Shown here: piece by piece, positions 36,033 through 51,308 of the stretch | Layout: each line of letters begins with the position of its first letter | How positions within the stretch are numbered: position 1 is the first letter of the stretch | NCBI GenBank assembly: GCA_965235115.1 | Contig: OZ249436.1 | Location: 26,600,001-26,664,000, forward strand | Direction: 5' to 3' | DNA: 64,000 bases | DNA from: Laetmonice hystrix | Taxonomy: Eukaryota | Position numbers and translations under genes: made by a program | The notes under the pieces: generated by a model | The model's input: the letters and a program-made list of their open reading frames with translations, nothing else | Databases searched by the model: none | Told to the model about the DNA's origin: nothing

Positions 36033-39000
36033 GACAAACGGCTGAATGAACCGTTTCATCTCAGACACGACTCCCGCTGAGCGTCGCCTTTTATCAGACG
36101 GAATATGGCCTACAGTCCAAGAAAGCAATTAATTCTGGGTACAGACTGATTATACAAATTGATAGTATTTTGCAATATGTTATGGACGAGACTGTACCTC
36201 GGCCAATAGTTTGGTGATTTTTTTTCTGGATCTTGTGAGCTCAGTGATGAGTTCCGTGACTCTGTGGATTGACGATCCAGTTTCCATACATTACTGTGAT
36301 TGGAAGTCATAGATGGGAAGATAACGTTTGGTGGTCAATGCATAACGTGCTCACTAGCCGTACGTCACAGTGAGCCAATCACACAACCATTGCTAGGTGT
36401 AAACGGAGTTGGGCCACCAGCATTAGATCAATATTTGGACATTAAATATTCCTTCTGAGGTAACATCGTGATGCAGGCTTGATGAGCTCTACTTTCGGTC
36501 CAGGTCTGACAGAAATCAGCCTTGTCTAAGTTCTTTTATAGTCGATACCTTTGCAGGCAGTTGCCTACCAAAAATCCACTGCAATTGTCCTCCGGCATCC
36601 ATTGTGTATTTCCGAAGGAATCACAGCATGTAATGAAATGAGGACAAAGTCGAGACAAAAGATATCATTGAATTTTTAGTCGTTTTTTTAAACTTGACAT
36701 TTCAATCAGTTTCGACGGGTAAAACCTTTGGTCGTGTCATTGTTTTTCATAATAAATTATTTCAGGTACCCGGTAGTTCGGTTTATATTTAATCTTTATT
36801 AATTCACTGTTATTTTTCAGTTTTCCTATTGTTCTCTGAATACTGTTGTGTGTTAATGATAGGAGAAATTCCGTATATCATTCCCTGTCCACTGTGTGTT
36901 ATCTTCTACGTCAACCTAATGGTTATCCTTCCCGAAATCTAATATTATGTTGACATTTTCCTGACGTCGGGCATGAAACAGCTAGATGTATTACCAGAGT
37001 CGGGACAAGAATACCTTGCCATATAACCAAAGAAATGGCCAAGCCAATTGATTGGTAATACTACCCTAACGCATCTGAATAAACCCGGGCCAAGTGGAAT
37101 ATTCTGTTATAAAATAAATTATTCCCGCAAGAATTATCAATACACACCTGCCTAAAATTACTATGTTAAAATATGTTTAAACAGTAGCTATGTAGACTGT
37201 AGAACATTATTCGTAATTTTGTTTATCGAATTATAATCAAGCAAATCCAGCAAGTCTAGAGCCTTCATTAATCGATCGTGTAACACAAAGCTCTGGAGGT
37301 TTGTATGTACATCCGTTTGTTCCACTAATACAATCATTGAATAGTACGACAGTTATAGGAATATCGTATAGAAGGGGGTCCAGACACAAATAGACATAAG
37401 AGGAAATCCAGGGAGATTGTGTTTATAATAATATTATATTCAGTCTTCCATGTTATATATTCAAGCAAGGAGGCATACAATATGTTGTGTATGATAGTAG
37501 TGGTTACCATGAAATGGCACATAATTTAAATGCATAAATATCTGTACATGATTATCTTCTCCATGAGACATAAATCCATGGATTAAGTGCGCCTGGAAGA
37601 TTAATAGCTCATTTTTAATACTGTTTGCCTGTATCATCTCTACACGTTATCTTTAATTAGCCAAACAGTCTCAATACTCTGGCAGTATTGGTGCTTTGTG
37701 TTTAAAGGAGAAGTCCAGTCAAAAATCACATTTGGACAGCTGCAAGGCCTCTATATATACTCACCTTTAGGAGTAGTGGTTAGAAATAAATGTCCCCCCA
37801 TTGCAAGATGTCATATATGTCGAACATGACAACCGTGTCAAAATCACTGGCTTCAGCGGCGCAGCCATTTGTGCCCATCTTTGCATCTATTGAGCATGCG
37901 CTGAATTGATCAGTTGAGCCCGGGGTTGCCGGGGCTAGGCTAGACTAGGCAAAAGGTGGCCGAGGCGGGTGGGCGAATCGATGGGGTCAGTCCCACAGTC
38001 ACAGTTACCCCACAGTCACAGTCACAACTAAACGCAACAGGCCCTGGTTTTTAGTTTGCAAACAGAGTCTTAAGATTCAAATCTTTTCGGTGTGTCAACG
38101 GTATTAGAATATCACGGCCTGTGTGCCTGGCCTGTACACACTGGCGGTGGTCGTTTGTTTTAAAGCAATGTGACAAAAACCCACGAACACAACATGTTTC
38201 ACGTCACAACATTATTAATACTATTCATATCCCTGAAGCATCGACTCGTGACATTGTTAACTATCGCTATCCTTCCAACACGCCCACTCTGTGAAGTCTT
38301 CAATAACAGGTCCGTCTATATCCTACACGGATGAGTAACTTGTGTTGTGTGTAAAGTGTAAAATCAGTCCGCTATTCAACTACCTGGGGAACTGCCCCGT
38401 CAAAAAGAAGGAAGGAAAAAAATCCAGTCTACATAAGAAAACTGGCGCGTAAATTTGGCTTACTATTTCACGCAGTCTTTTGTGTATCTGAATAGGCCGC
38501 TCTCTTATAAATCACTAGAAATACCATACGCGGAGGAATAGTCTTTATAGGTCTACTTGTAGTACGAAAACACCTTAATGGTGAACATTAATATGATAGA
38601 ATACTCACTTAATGGCGAACCCCGACGACGTTACATAGCACGAAACTCCTGTCGCAACGCTGCCACTTAAACACTGTTCAGCGAAACACTGAAGTATAGC
38701 AAGGAACGTCGGATGAAAACAGTTCAGAAAATGGGTTTGAGGAAGAGTATCAGAGGCCTCGTGTGAGGCACATCCCTATCGCCGGGGTGAAATTGGATCG
38801 CTCCGTATCGTTTTTAAACGTCGTTGACGGTCCTTCAGGGTTTCGGGACCTTTAAGGCGCTGAAATCGAACAGAGACCGTTGGCCCTTGCGATGACTGTG
38901 TGCGGACTGCGACTACCACACCCTTCACTCCGCGTTTGCTTTTATCGGCGCCGTCGGCTTGGTGGGGTCTTCACCACTGGCACCAGCACCACCACCGCCT

Positions 39001-39854
39001 CCTCCGTTACCACAAGCACCACCGCACCACTATCACCACTGCTGCTGCAGCTGCAGCTGCCGCTGTTGATAGTTCGGTGCTTGTCTTATTCTTCTTCCAC
39101 TCTATCCCTTCGGTTCATCATTTCTAAGACACACATCGAGGCGCTTTATAAAAATGTATATTGGTGAGGCTGAGTGGCTTGAAGCCGTGCGTTTAACAAG
39201 CGTCACGCTTAGGGCGATGCCGTGCTTCTCGATGGGCTTCTCGACGGACACAGCTCTAGGTGGCTTATGGCAGAGACTGGCGTAATCCGACGGTAGACCA
39301 GTGAAGATGCTGTCGTAAGTATCTTTCTTCATCCCTCTTTTGAACCCATGTAAGGCGGTTTGGAAGATTAGGTTGTGGACCACGGCCGCCCGCTAATTTA
39401 GATGCGACACACTCCTGTCCCAAAACAGGAAAACTCAATATTTAAAAAATATTAAAAAATTAGTAAAATTGAAAATAAATAAAATAAATAAATAAAACGT
39501 CTTCATAAAACCGAAGAATTCATCGCCTTCTTGTGTTTGATTCTGAAGTTATATGTTTGATCCTCTCTTAGTTCCCACAGCTCAAAATTATGTCATCATT
39601 TGGAATCGCCTTTTTTAAGAGTTAACCGACCCTTTACTGTATTCTAAGTTTTAAGAATTTGTTAATGCATGGGTAACTGATACCTTTGTAACGAACCCTG
39701 TCTTCTCCTTATGTTGTCAGTTTGTCATACTTCCCCGGCCACGTATGACCGTCACAAGTTTGTCACTGCAGGGTGAGAGGGCTTGGCTTTTACATTCTGT
39801 CACAATACCATACTCTCCAATCGCTCAATCCCATCATCAGTTCATTTTTAACTT

Positions 39855-40234
39855 AGTTATTATTATACCTACCTGGAGTTATTATTATAACTACCTGGAG
39901 TTATTATTATACCTACCGAGTCATTATTATACCTATACCTTGAGTTATTATTATACCTACCTGGAGTTATTATTATACCTACCTGGAGTTATTATTATAC
40001 ATACCTGGAGTTATTATTATACCTACCTGGAGTCATTATTATACCTACCGAGTCATTATTATACCTATACCTTGAGTTATTATTATAACTACGTGGAGTT
40101 ATTATTGTACCTACCTGGATTTATTATTAGGCCTATACCTACCTGGAGTTATTATTATACATACCTGGAGTTATTATTATACCTACTGGAGTTATTATTT
40201 TACCTACCTGTAAGTTATTATTATACCTACCTGG
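39855..40234. repeat. Minisatellite of about 22 bp
   Basis: Unit acctggagttattattatacct with variants. Confidence 0.95.
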
Positions 40235-41209
40235 AGGACTAACTATTGCATTGTTGAATATAAAGCGGGCCCAATTTGTTGTAGATATCCTCTATCAGAA
40301 AACAAGGATCAATCGTATGGTGACGTCAGAATAAGGGAAACAATAATATTATTAGTATGAGTCGCAAGTGTAGATAAAAACACGTTTCTAAATCTCTCCC
40401 TAACGATTATTTATAACGGCCTACGTAAAAACGATTGATTTAAGCGGCCATTTCACCACCAAATTCCTGTCAAATTCAGTAACCTGACAGCCATTTAAAG
40501 GCATGCCGTTTTATATCCCAAAGTAAAACTTGTTTCATTTTTATCTAATTTGAATTGAACTTGAAGCAACTTGCCTTGCACGTATGCCATTCTAATCGAG
40601 TAATTCAAAATGCCGACCATGGCTGGCCAAATGACGTCAGCACCATTCCCCATTGTCAGTGTGGCATCTAATCACAGAGCTTTAAAAATGGCTCATTGCG
40701 ACTTTATTTGTTGCTAGCGTATAGGTATGAGGTCCGGATTGATATGTCGTACCGATGTCACCAACAAAATGAGTCTGGCTGTCAGATGGTCCCTGGGAAT
40801 AACTAGGACTACATTTCACCCATGCATTGAAATACTTGTATTGAGTATCATTAAAAGCTTGCCACAGAGACCATACCATCAATTAATGTGTGTGCCCTGC
40901 CATCTGCTGATTGTGTCTATATTCAGGTGTGGCTTGCTGTACCTCACCAGGACACTCTGAGTGGATTTTACACGATGGAACTTCCAAATGACGCCAACCA
41001 TTTGTGGGCAGAAATAACGATAAACGATTAACACATCGCGGTAACCAGAGCAACGACACTGACAAGACGCAAGAGTATAAATGTAATCTGGAGACAAAGT
41101 CCAAGTGAGTGATACTGAACCGACATCATGGGGTCGAATTCTCCCTAACGTTTGGCAATCGATAAAATATTCCATGGCATAGAGAAGGAGTAAGAGACGT
41201 TACATTTTC

Positions 41210-41572
41210 ATGGCAGAATTCAAGGGTGAGCTGGAAACTGATATCATATTATGGCAGAATATAAGGACCGGTTGGTGCTGATGTAATAAATATGGCAGAA
41301 TTCAAGGGTGAGCAGGAAACTGATATCATATTATGGCAGAATAAGGACCGGTTGGTGCTGATGAATTAAATATGGCAGAATTCAAAGGTGAGCTGGAAAC
41401 TGATATCATATTATGGCAGAATAAGGACCGGTTGGTGCTGATGTAATAAATATGGCAGAATTCAAGGGTGAGCTGGAAACTGATATCATATTATGGCAGA
41501 ATATAAGGATCGGTTGGTGCTGATGTAATAAATATGGCAGAATTCAAGGGCTGACTGGCACTGATGTCATAT
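41210..41572. repeat. Dimeric tandem repeat of about 81 bp made of two alternating subunits of about 40 bp
   Basis: atggcagaattcaagggtgagctggaaactgatatcatatt alternating with atggcagaatataaggaccggttggtgctgatgtaataaat. Confidence 0.9.
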
Positions 41573-42067
41573 ATCTTAACGACCGTTAAAGGTCAATTCG
41601 GAATAATCAATCTCATGTGATGTAAAATGCAATATATGATACTAAACTGACTCCGAGGGTCACCGTCGTCAGAGCGTTTTGGCATTGATGCCGTGACCAG
41701 ACATGTTGTTTTCCAGTATGGCCGCCGTACATAGCAATGCATGTTCTGGGAAGCACTGTGGTTGCGGTCACTATTTAACATTGCTATATCATTCTCCCAT
41801 CGACCCTAACTGGCACGTCATCCTAAGAATCGAAAGAACAGGCCAGAGGGACTGCTCTGCACACTGATGCCGAGGGGTTTGCTACATTTTGTGGATTTTG
41901 TTGAGCAAAGAAGGCGCGACAATAGGAGAAGATGCCGTTGGGCTCCTCCGTCGTTTACGCCTTTTCTCCATTGTTTTGTTCGGGCGAAAAGTTGCCTCTT
42001 GGCACTACCCACACAGACGCCACACATCGTATATACCTTTGTTAAGGTAAGCCTCCTTGGGCATGGA

Positions 42068-42597
42068 AACAAGAGCATTAACACCGGGCGCCCGCCGACC
42101 ATACAGGGAAACGGTCTGTTAACAAGAGCATTAACACCGGGCGCCCGCCGACCATACAGGGAAACGGTCTGTTGAAAAGAGCATTAACACCGGGCGCCCG
42201 CCGACCATACAGGGAAACGGTCTGTTAACAAGAGCACTAACACCGGGCGCCCGCCGACCATACAGGGAAACGGTCTGTTAACAAGAGCATTAACACCGGG
42301 CGCCCGCCGACCATACAGGGAAACGGTCTGTTAACAAGAGCACTAACACCGGGCGCCCGCCGACCATACAGGGAAACGGTCTGTTAACAAGAGCATTAAC
42401 ACCGGGCGCCCGCCGACCATACAGGGAAACGGTCTGTTAACAAGAGCATTAACACCGGGCGCCCGCCGACCATACAGGGAAACGGTCTGTTAACAAGAGC
42501 ATTAACACCGGGCGCCCGCCGACCATACAGGGAAACGGTAACAAGAGCACTAACACCGGGCGCCCGCCGACCATACAGGGAAACGGTCTGTTAACAA
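42068..42597. repeat. 53-bp minisatellite, about 10 copies
   Basis: Unit aacaagagcattaacaccgggcgcccgccgaccatacagggaaacggtctgtt. Confidence 0.95.
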
Positions 42598-43239
42598 GGG
42601 AAATATTCGCAAATCAATCCAAAAAAAGATATTGGCGTTCATCCTGGTTTTCAGAATATAGAACTTCTGTACTGCAATATACATTCTTGTATCAACATCC
42701 ACTTCGAGAATCACGAACTGCATGCATGTTCTGTCCGACCCGGACGATATTATTTAAAATTATTTAACAAGGAACTGGTCTGACACCCGGCGAATGACTA
42801 ATAGGCCCTAACGGCGACTTTTGGGTGGCAACTTGGGACTCTTTTGCCTCGCGAATTACAGGCGGCCGTCCCAATTTGTTTACAACCATAGATTGTGACG
42901 TCAGCACACAATGAGGGACTTCACACTCCTTGAGACGCATGCGCAAAGGCGCATTTCAGGTCATATCCGCGTGGCGGCAGCACTGTCGCCCGGTCCTCTT
43001 GGCTAAACATTGGGTATGACGTTAGATAGGACGACGATATGCTAATCTGTGGCAGGATGTGTTTAGACTATTTGTTATGAAAAATTATAACTTGATAGGC
43101 TTCACCATGTTGTAGAACTCCTAAACATACCATAATATTTCACAGCAAATAGCTCTACGGCACCCAGCGATAGATTAGCATTTCGTCGACCTATCTAACG
43201 TCATAATAATGTGGCCCAAGGGGACCGGGTTGATAGTGC

Positions 43240-43864
43240 TGCCGCCACGCGGAAAAGACGGTAACAAAGTCCCTCATTATCTTATGCACTCTCACGCTCT
43301 CGCGCAGCGTGAGACAAAAATGAGACTCCATGTGCATTCGACCCACCTCGGGACTGTTCGGGATATTCCTCTCGGCCATCGCACGGTCGTCGCCATGTTG
43401 GATCTACTTTTATCACGTGACACACAGTGATCAAAATGGCGACTGACTCTCCGGCCGAGAGTCTGTTTAAAAACAGATATCAGCTTGGTACCTCTGACAG
43501 GTAGATTAGCGGTCAAATAAAATCTATTCAGTAGATAGTGTTTTAGGTGTTGATATTTCCATTGTTTATCGTCATACGATATTATGTGGGGTATGCCGAC
43601 GCAAGCTGGTAAACTCGTGTGATTTCATCAATACTGCTAAAGTGAATGTGTCGCAGCTGGTAAGAGCATTCGAGACTGCCAGTCTGAAAATAATGACAAA
43701 AACTCCACCTTTCCCAACGAACAATCCCGCGCTGGGCCGGATACTGAAGATCGGTGAACTACTTTGCACACTATGTGATTTGGATGCGGCCGAAAGGCTA
43801 TAGCAATAACCGTAGAATCTGCCAAATATCGCCATAGACCTCTATCTTGCGAGGTCCGAGACTA
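43240..43864. mobile_element. Interspersed non-autonomous repeat, diverged copy A (copy B at about 60106-60859)
   Basis: Shared cattcgRcccacctcgggactgt, catgttggatct..ttttatcacgtgacaca, tgtttaaaaacagat...tacctctgacaggt, and terminal cttgcga.gtccgagac. Confidence 0.7.
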
Positions 43865-46800
43865 TAATTGTGGCTCATGTCGGGGAGTGGTCGTGACGTC
43901 ATAAAAATGAGCGACAAAAGATGTTAAACCTAACCCTAATCCTTACCCATAACACTCATGATCGGTCATTTGGTGACGTCACGGCGGCATATTCAGGGGG
44001 CTGCCGAAAAGTCCGGTGGAAGGACTTCCCCTTTCGTAACGCTATGGTGTGGGAGTGATCCGGCCGTGCGAGATTCTATATCTATCATCTTACCCGTGAC
44101 GTCACGGCAGTTCCCCGACTTAAGCCGTCACGGCCATTCCCCGACTTGTGCCATAATTGTAGCGAAGCGGAAACGGAAATATACATGTAGTCGAGGTGTT
44201 CCGACTGACTCCATGTGGAATGATGTGGTTAGGCGGAAGGGGATTCTCCAACATGTGCTTGTAATGTAAACAGACGTTCGTCTGCATTTAATTCTTGCTG
44301 CCATAGGCAACATGCCACGGGACGTCCCCCATCCACAGCCAGAGCTTCAGTTAAAAAAAGCACGAAACGTGAACGCGATATTAGTAGATCTCGGCGTAAT
44401 TTTTATTGGCGACACATTTGAGCGCTGGGTGCATTTACGGGAGTTTTTGGAATTGCGACCCACTGACAGTTGACACCAGAGAATTCCCCCATCTGTTCCT
44501 AGTCCCAGTTCAAATAGTGTCCAAAATGCGCGACAAAATTAAAGGCCAACGGAGCATGACTGACGAATTCATGTTAATTTGTCCAGATTATCGGGGTTTT
44601 TTTTCTAAGCTACAAGGCACGCAGAAATCTGTTACCTATGATATCGTTTCTTTTTGACGTTGAAAGCGTTTGGAGAAGTATAAGAACAGAAATATTGGTT
44701 TAAACATTAGTTACCACCGGCAACCTCTTTCTGCCAGCGTACACAACTTTACATACTATATTATTATACATTTATTATGTTTCTATACTGGTAATTTATG
44801 TCGTATCCATTTGGCTTCAGTCTTAACGTGTATGTATAGTTATCGTGCCGTTACAAGCTCTCACATATTGCACGTAACGAATGGGTAAGGTTGCAGGCTG
44901 AGGCAAATAATAGGTCAAGATGCACTCTTCCTTTGACAAGGACGAGTGCTTGATCACGAGTCGGCCAACAGCCCGAACTCCCGGTGAGACTAAAAATTGG
45001 CTTCCAATCCATCTGCGGCGGCGCAACTGCGCCTCGAGCGAGGTCGCGCGAGACAGGGGAGAGAGATATGCTACCACTTAACGTCGTTAGGTGGCGCTCC
45101 GGGTGCGCACACCAGAACGATGTGGCCGGGCCGGCTGACCATCACTAACGAAGTCGCAGGTTGCACTGATGGCTCGAGACTTCAAGAGGAGCTAGAAAAA
45201 AGGCGCTTCAAATGTCGAGGGCGCACGTCGTAGGTAAATGCGAACAGGGCACCGCCCTAAACCGATTTTCTCTTTGCAGGCCCTACATTTTACCACCGTT
45301 ACCACGACAGGACCGGCGCCTCATAAGATTACCGAGGATACCTTTAATGGTCGGGGTTAAATCACGTGAATAAACACGTACCGCGCCGTTAATCACAACG
45401 TATACGTCATACTGGAGCTTTTGTAAATTAAAGGTATAAAGGGTGAAAAAAGTATTGACGTGTGACCTCAGGCGTGTAGGACCGTTGTCAAAAACTTAAC
45501 GGCACGTGTTGGTGCTACGGGGAATTCCAATAATGCTATGCTATAACTGCCCGTATGGAAAGATTTTTCAGACATTCTAGGATCTGGGCTTGTCCCTCTG
45601 GTCAGTACCAGACTTAAAGGAAGGTTTCTGTGCAGTCAAACTTGTAAAATACCATATTATGGTAATACCATATTATGGTAACATAAGGATTGGGGGGGGG
45701 GTGTGTTCACAGATGCGTTACATAATTTTAGGGGGGTGTCTGGGGTTGCGTTACAAAACGTTACAGGGGGTGGGGGGTGATAATTGAAGAAAATAGCGTT
45801 ACATAATTTATGGACAGCCCCTTTGCGGCGACCGGTTCGCGACCAACACACTGATCGCCAAATCCTTTGGCTGCGATGAATTCAGTGAACGACTCTCTGG
45901 TCCCAGCCCCAGACTCTGATTTCTCTGTAATCATCTCTGGCTCCATCGGCTTCTGCATGGTAAAGATCACGAAGCTTCGACCCTGCTGGTATCCGGTTCT
46001 TTACAGCAGACGCAGGGAACCAGCAGAAAGGGTAAAAGTAATGCCCACAAGCACTCTCTGCTTTGATTGGAGTATGCAGCAGTAGGTACCTTGAGGAAAC
46101 TGCCCTTGTGTAAGAAGCCTTCCAAAAGTACCGTAAAAATGTAGGAGGCTATCCTACATTACCGTAAAAATGTCAGGAAGTCATCTTACAATTCCATAAC
46201 TCATACCACCCTGTCCAACAGGCGAGAACCAGCCATATAGTAACACCCTTATAACGAAAGCTGTGATGGATATGTCGAGAATTAAACATTCTGTTCGTGA
46301 AAAATGGGATTTCAATATAATATCAACCCTGTTTCTTCATCAGAACGCGTCCTCTTCACAGACCTGCTGAAATGATGAACTGTTCTCCGCATGATACTTT
46401 TACTTCAGCCTTTGCCTGTCGATAGAGATGGGATGGAGTTTTTGTCCGGGAGAGTGAGTGGCTGATCAGATACCAAGAATTACGCCTATAGATCAAGGAT
46501 AGAAACGATTCGAAGGCTGCAGACACTTCTGTGGCTGGCTCTCCAGTGATCGTTGCCACCAGCTATACGACAGCACCCACTGCTCAGTCCATACATTATC
46601 TGCAATGTACCACAGCCGCCGAATATAGACGTTGCTTTAAAAAGTATCTTATGTGTTTTATTGATTAATAACTACTATCTAAAGCAGTGGAAAATATCAT
46701 TTGAATTGATAAACTATGTCACGTGAAATATGAGACAAGTTCACAGAAAGACTCACTATACTCTAGGCTCCCGCTGTGAAGAGTCTGCGCATGTGCTGAA

Positions 46801-47899
46801 CATTGATCATCTGGCTTGGGTAGAAGTGCCTATTACCCATAAGGTGAATAAAGCCCGCTATGAATATTTTATCCACTCGATATAGTTCATAACTATATTA
46901 CACATAATGGTTAAAACACAATGTGTAATTTACATAAAAGAAATTATACGATTTGTAATGCAAATCTATCCCTGTATATACTGATTAAGTTTACCATGCA
47001 CGCATAAAAGAATATAGGAAATAACGAGTGTATTTGATAACGAGTGAATCTGATATAAAGTGTATTTGATATAATGTAGTAGATGACACCAGGCCCGCGT
47101 CCCTCCTCTGTCTCTGTCTCCCAGCATCTCAGTGAAAGGTTCCCAGACGAAGCGGCCACTCTGGGATCCTTTCCCCTAAATGCAATCAGTAATGTGCCAA
47201 ATTACTTTCCTTTCCTCCCGAGGTAGCCAATCCCATCGCTAGAAGTCTAAGTGCACGAAATACTGTTCAGAGCCGAAAGCATCACGTCTTTCCTATAGAG
47301 TTGTAAGAAGCTGTCTCATAATGTCTGCAAACATCTTCAGAGTAAGTGAACCTCCACTCTTTGTTGGGGATGTTCAATCACTCATATATTTGTATTGCAG
47401 TGCTAGCTTCCAGACCCTTTAGAGCTTTTACGAGTATTTCATCGTAACTCCTTCATCTGTAGAATGATTTTCATCTCCAGTCACATATAGAAGGATCGTG
47501 CAGTAATTCGGATCAGCTCCTGTCATACAGCGTGCATTGTGACAAACACTAACAATTCGCTACTTCTCCACTGGGACTCGCGTACTCATGCTCGTCAACT
47601 CGGTTTTGAGAGATCATTTCACTTCGACACCCAAAAATTCTTTCACAGTACCATAGATACTCCGGTAATTATGCAATGTTCAGGAGTTCTTCGAAGTTGT
47701 GTGAAAAGTAGTAGGCTTTTACTACTGTGAAAGTTATAAAAAAGACATGAATTATTTCCATTTAATTGTAATGGCAATCTACTTCATTTGTTTTTATATA
47801 TGTTTTTTCTATTAATCATATTTCACCAGGATATCCAGCTCGACTATCTTGCCGTCACAAATGCAGGATCCTGGAGTAGGGCCAACAGTCACAATACAT

Positions 47900-48620
47900 A
47901 ATATAAATCACACAATTTAATTAAATTATATACAATTGCTAATCAGCTCACTAAATTTGGATCCACGATTCGAGTTATTTGATGTGACAAACTAGCTTAA
48001 TTTTTGAAATTCAGAATTTATATAAAATTTGAACACCTGTTACGCCCACTCCCAAGCTTTGTTACGCCCGCTACCAAGTTTAAGATTGAAATTCTCTTGA
48101 ACTATTTTCTATGGAAAACCAGCGAACTTGAACAGTTCTTTATGTAAGTCTACGACTATGTAAGTCTACAGTATTGTCATCTATCTCTATTTAGAGCAAT
48201 TATTAAACCATTGTTTTTTATCACTTGGAGCTTATGTTTATAGCATTCAGTGCAAGTCCCATGAAATATATTTCCATATTCTAGATATGGTAGAACCATG
48301 GGGTTAAAGATAGTAAGAGCTATTTAAAAAAATAGAGTACCTTATTCTCGAGAGCATATAAATCTTATGACCTGCTTTTCTATTTTTTTTTTGGTGATCA
48401 TTGAACTGAAGCTGAATTCTTAACTTTTAACTTTTAACCTTTTAAATTAAGCAGTACTCCATTAAGCTCATTTTTTAAATGTCAACAAAAAATGCACGAT
48501 AAGAAAACCTGCGGATTTTCCTTGAAGAATAACCCATCATATTATGATTTCAACTCCTGTGATAATTTTCTAGATACCTGATATACACTTTATCTTCAGT
48601 GATTTATCCACAAAATTGCA
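47900..48620 (-). pseudogene. L2/CR1-like RT C-terminal relic
   Basis: The minus strand near 48200-48310 reads FNPMVLPYLEYGNIFHGTCTECYKHKLQVIKNNGL. Confidence 0.5.
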
Positions 48621-48999
48621 GCTTCATTTGAATATAGCGCTGTGCTACAGTAAATCGGTCACGTCCCTCAGTCGGCCTCTGTGAGAACACCGGCCCCCAG
48701 CAGGTGCTAACACTTCACACATTCTGCCTGCTAAGCCTGTCTTCGACCACGGATCTTTTTCCCATCCACCTGCTGTTTCTTTTTTCACTAAAAGTCTAGC
48801 CTACATCTACTTTACATTTGTGTGAGGGTAAAACGTCATCACTACAGAGATAACAGAAGATTTAAAGACAACTCAGATGAGATCCCCTGCACCCGTACAA
48901 GTAAACCTATCCACAAATCGGAAAAGAAAATATTAAAAGAAAGTAGGCCTAAAAAACGGCGGAACCGTAGGGTGTATTCTTCATACCTATAGACAGATA

Positions 49000-49260
49000 T
49001 TGACGCGGAAAGTGGCTGCTAACCTGAGAAAACCAGAATCTTAACATTTAGTCTGATGTAAACACATTCAACCAGCGTTATGTCTTATAAACTATGTCCT
49101 GACCAGACGTCTTTGTTTGGAGCGCTGACAGAGCCCATTTGAGGAGCCCATTTGACGATGCGGATGCAAACTCCTTTTATGATCTTATATGCTATAGGAA
49201 TATCTCTGTCCTTATCCCTCCGGGTGCTTAATCTACAATTGAAAAAAAAGATAGCCCTGC
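49000..49260 (-). pseudogene. CR1-like 3' ORF2 relic
   Basis: LSTRRDKDRDIPIAYKIIKG...SGHSL resembles the RRxRGDLIxxYKI..G...RGH tail. Confidence 0.35.
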
Positions 49261-50572
49261 CTCGCAAGAACTGAGATTATTTTAGGGTGTACGTGGATAG
49301 ATTGTAAGCAGGGCAAAGGTAAACCTGTTAACGTTAGTAGCAGTCGAAGCAAGGCTTATAGTCCTCCACATGACCGTCCATTTCTTTACATATAGCTTTG
49401 CTCTCCTCAGCACATCTTTCGATGCGGTCCTAGGCTTGTTTCGGCAAAAACCTGTCAGGATGATCATCCGGCCGCATATTACTGATGTGTCTGCGTTATA
49501 AGATACGCACACTGATTTCAAATTCATAGTACACAATTATATGAGACGAAACAGAAAAGGACGAATCGAAACGAGTCGTCAAAACGGATAATGAAAAGGT
49601 CCACACGGAAACCTTTTACAGTGGTACGTTTCAATGAGTGCGGATTCCAATGTTTACGCCAAAATAATTTTATGAGGTAAAACTGAGCAGCGATTACGTA
49701 TACGAATTCCCAGGCTCCCGTCGTTGAAGATTTCTGCACATTCTTTTCATGAAGTCCTGAAATATTTTAAATTCGAAGATTTTTCTCATGTAAACGAATT
49801 CCTCCTGTCGTGAGGTACATGGAAGTACTTGGGGCCATGCTGCTATTGCAGACCAAGAAGTCGGAACACCACAATACCTCATCAGCATACATGTACGCAT
49901 TTGGAAACACGAACCTGGACATTCGCATGATGCCGCATAGAACTACGTATACATTGGCATCCGCAGGTTGTACATGTAAACGGGAAACGTTACAATATTT
50001 CCATCACCATGCCAACACAGTAACCTTTGATAAAAGAGAAGTTGTGGTGGATTCCGAGGTAGATGGCATACGTGCTGCGTTCAACCAGAGAGTCTGGTTT
50101 AGTTCAAACAAGGAATCTAGCTCAACCCTTAAAAATGACAGGCCCTGTGGGGCATCAGCAGCGAAACGCCAGACCACTGGGCCACCTCTGCCCGCCTGTA
50201 ATTCAACAGTGTCTCATCAAAACGCGCTAAATCAAGTTTTATCGGCCAAGCCAGAGCGAGATTTTTGACTATGGGACAAATCAATATCAGTTCCTTGTGA
50301 AATATGATAGAGCAAACACCAACCTATCTACAGGGACCTATTATGAGTTGGATTAGCCCCAGACCCAAGGTCGAGAACCCTAGGAAAGATTCAATTTTCC
50401 TTCCATACATCATGAACCGGGGAAGACAGCTAACGGTGACATGAGTATTAATCTTAAATTGCTCTGACTTATTTTATAATCAGTCATGTCAGTCTATCAG
50501 ATTTGAGATTTGATTAGCATGCAGACATCCAGAGACAAGATTAGTCTTCTCAGACTAAAATAGACACTAATA

Positions 50573-50673
50573 CAGGGTTCATATAGGGCATCGGGTGGTA
50601 ATTTCCCTGACCTTTCCCTGACCTTGAGAAATTGGATTTCCCCCTGACTTTTTCCTGATCCGTATGAACCCTG
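50573..50673. mobile_element. 101-bp CAG-terminal MITE with 5-bp TSD
   Basis: TIR cagggttcata/tatgaaccctg; taata at 50568-50572 and 50674-50678; internal ttccctgac repeats. Confidence 0.75.
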
Positions 50674-51308
50674 TAATAGTTATTATTTTCAGGACAACAT
50701 TTCTCAACCAAATGTGGCCGAGAATATTAAAAGTTTCTGGGTTCGACGTTCCTATAGACCGATGTTATCGGATGTGTCGTCACACGGGAAGCAGTGCCAG
50801 GGTGGACAGTGTAATGATGTGTTGAAAAGTTCACGGGGAGAGGACAAATGGAGTTGGATTCCGAGGGCGGCACACTCGCTCGTTTAGATAAGGGCCCTCG
50901 GATAGCCCGGGGTCCCCCTCTGGGGCCAACGGCTGGGGATCGATCGCAGGATCAGAATTGCTTCGCCTTCGGCCTGATGTGCTATTGACCATCTGAAATC
51001 GCCGTGCCAGAACTGATGAGTTTGGAGCAAACTCCATTAGGTTGTCTCTCCCCCCTTCTTTTTCCCCGTGTTTGCAGAATATGGCGGTTGTGTTGTGACA
51101 GCTGTCGTATCGGGGTGTCAGACACAGATGGCTGGGAAGATCTCCAAGTGGTCGGCAAAAGTATTCATTACTTAATTTTCTGTTTGTAAGGCAGATTAAA
51201 AAAAATATATACAGAGTGGATTAGGGACGTCACGCTGTCTAATGTCAATATTATGTTTCTTAAAATACTGAAATATATACTCCCTCGTCTGTCTCACTCC
51301 CTACCATG

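Noticed and set aside
37702..39712. Kolobok-like element (ttaa|aggagaag ... cttctcct)
   Set aside because: Only an 8-bp terminal match and the right flank is not TTAA; the internal ORFs are unrecognisable.
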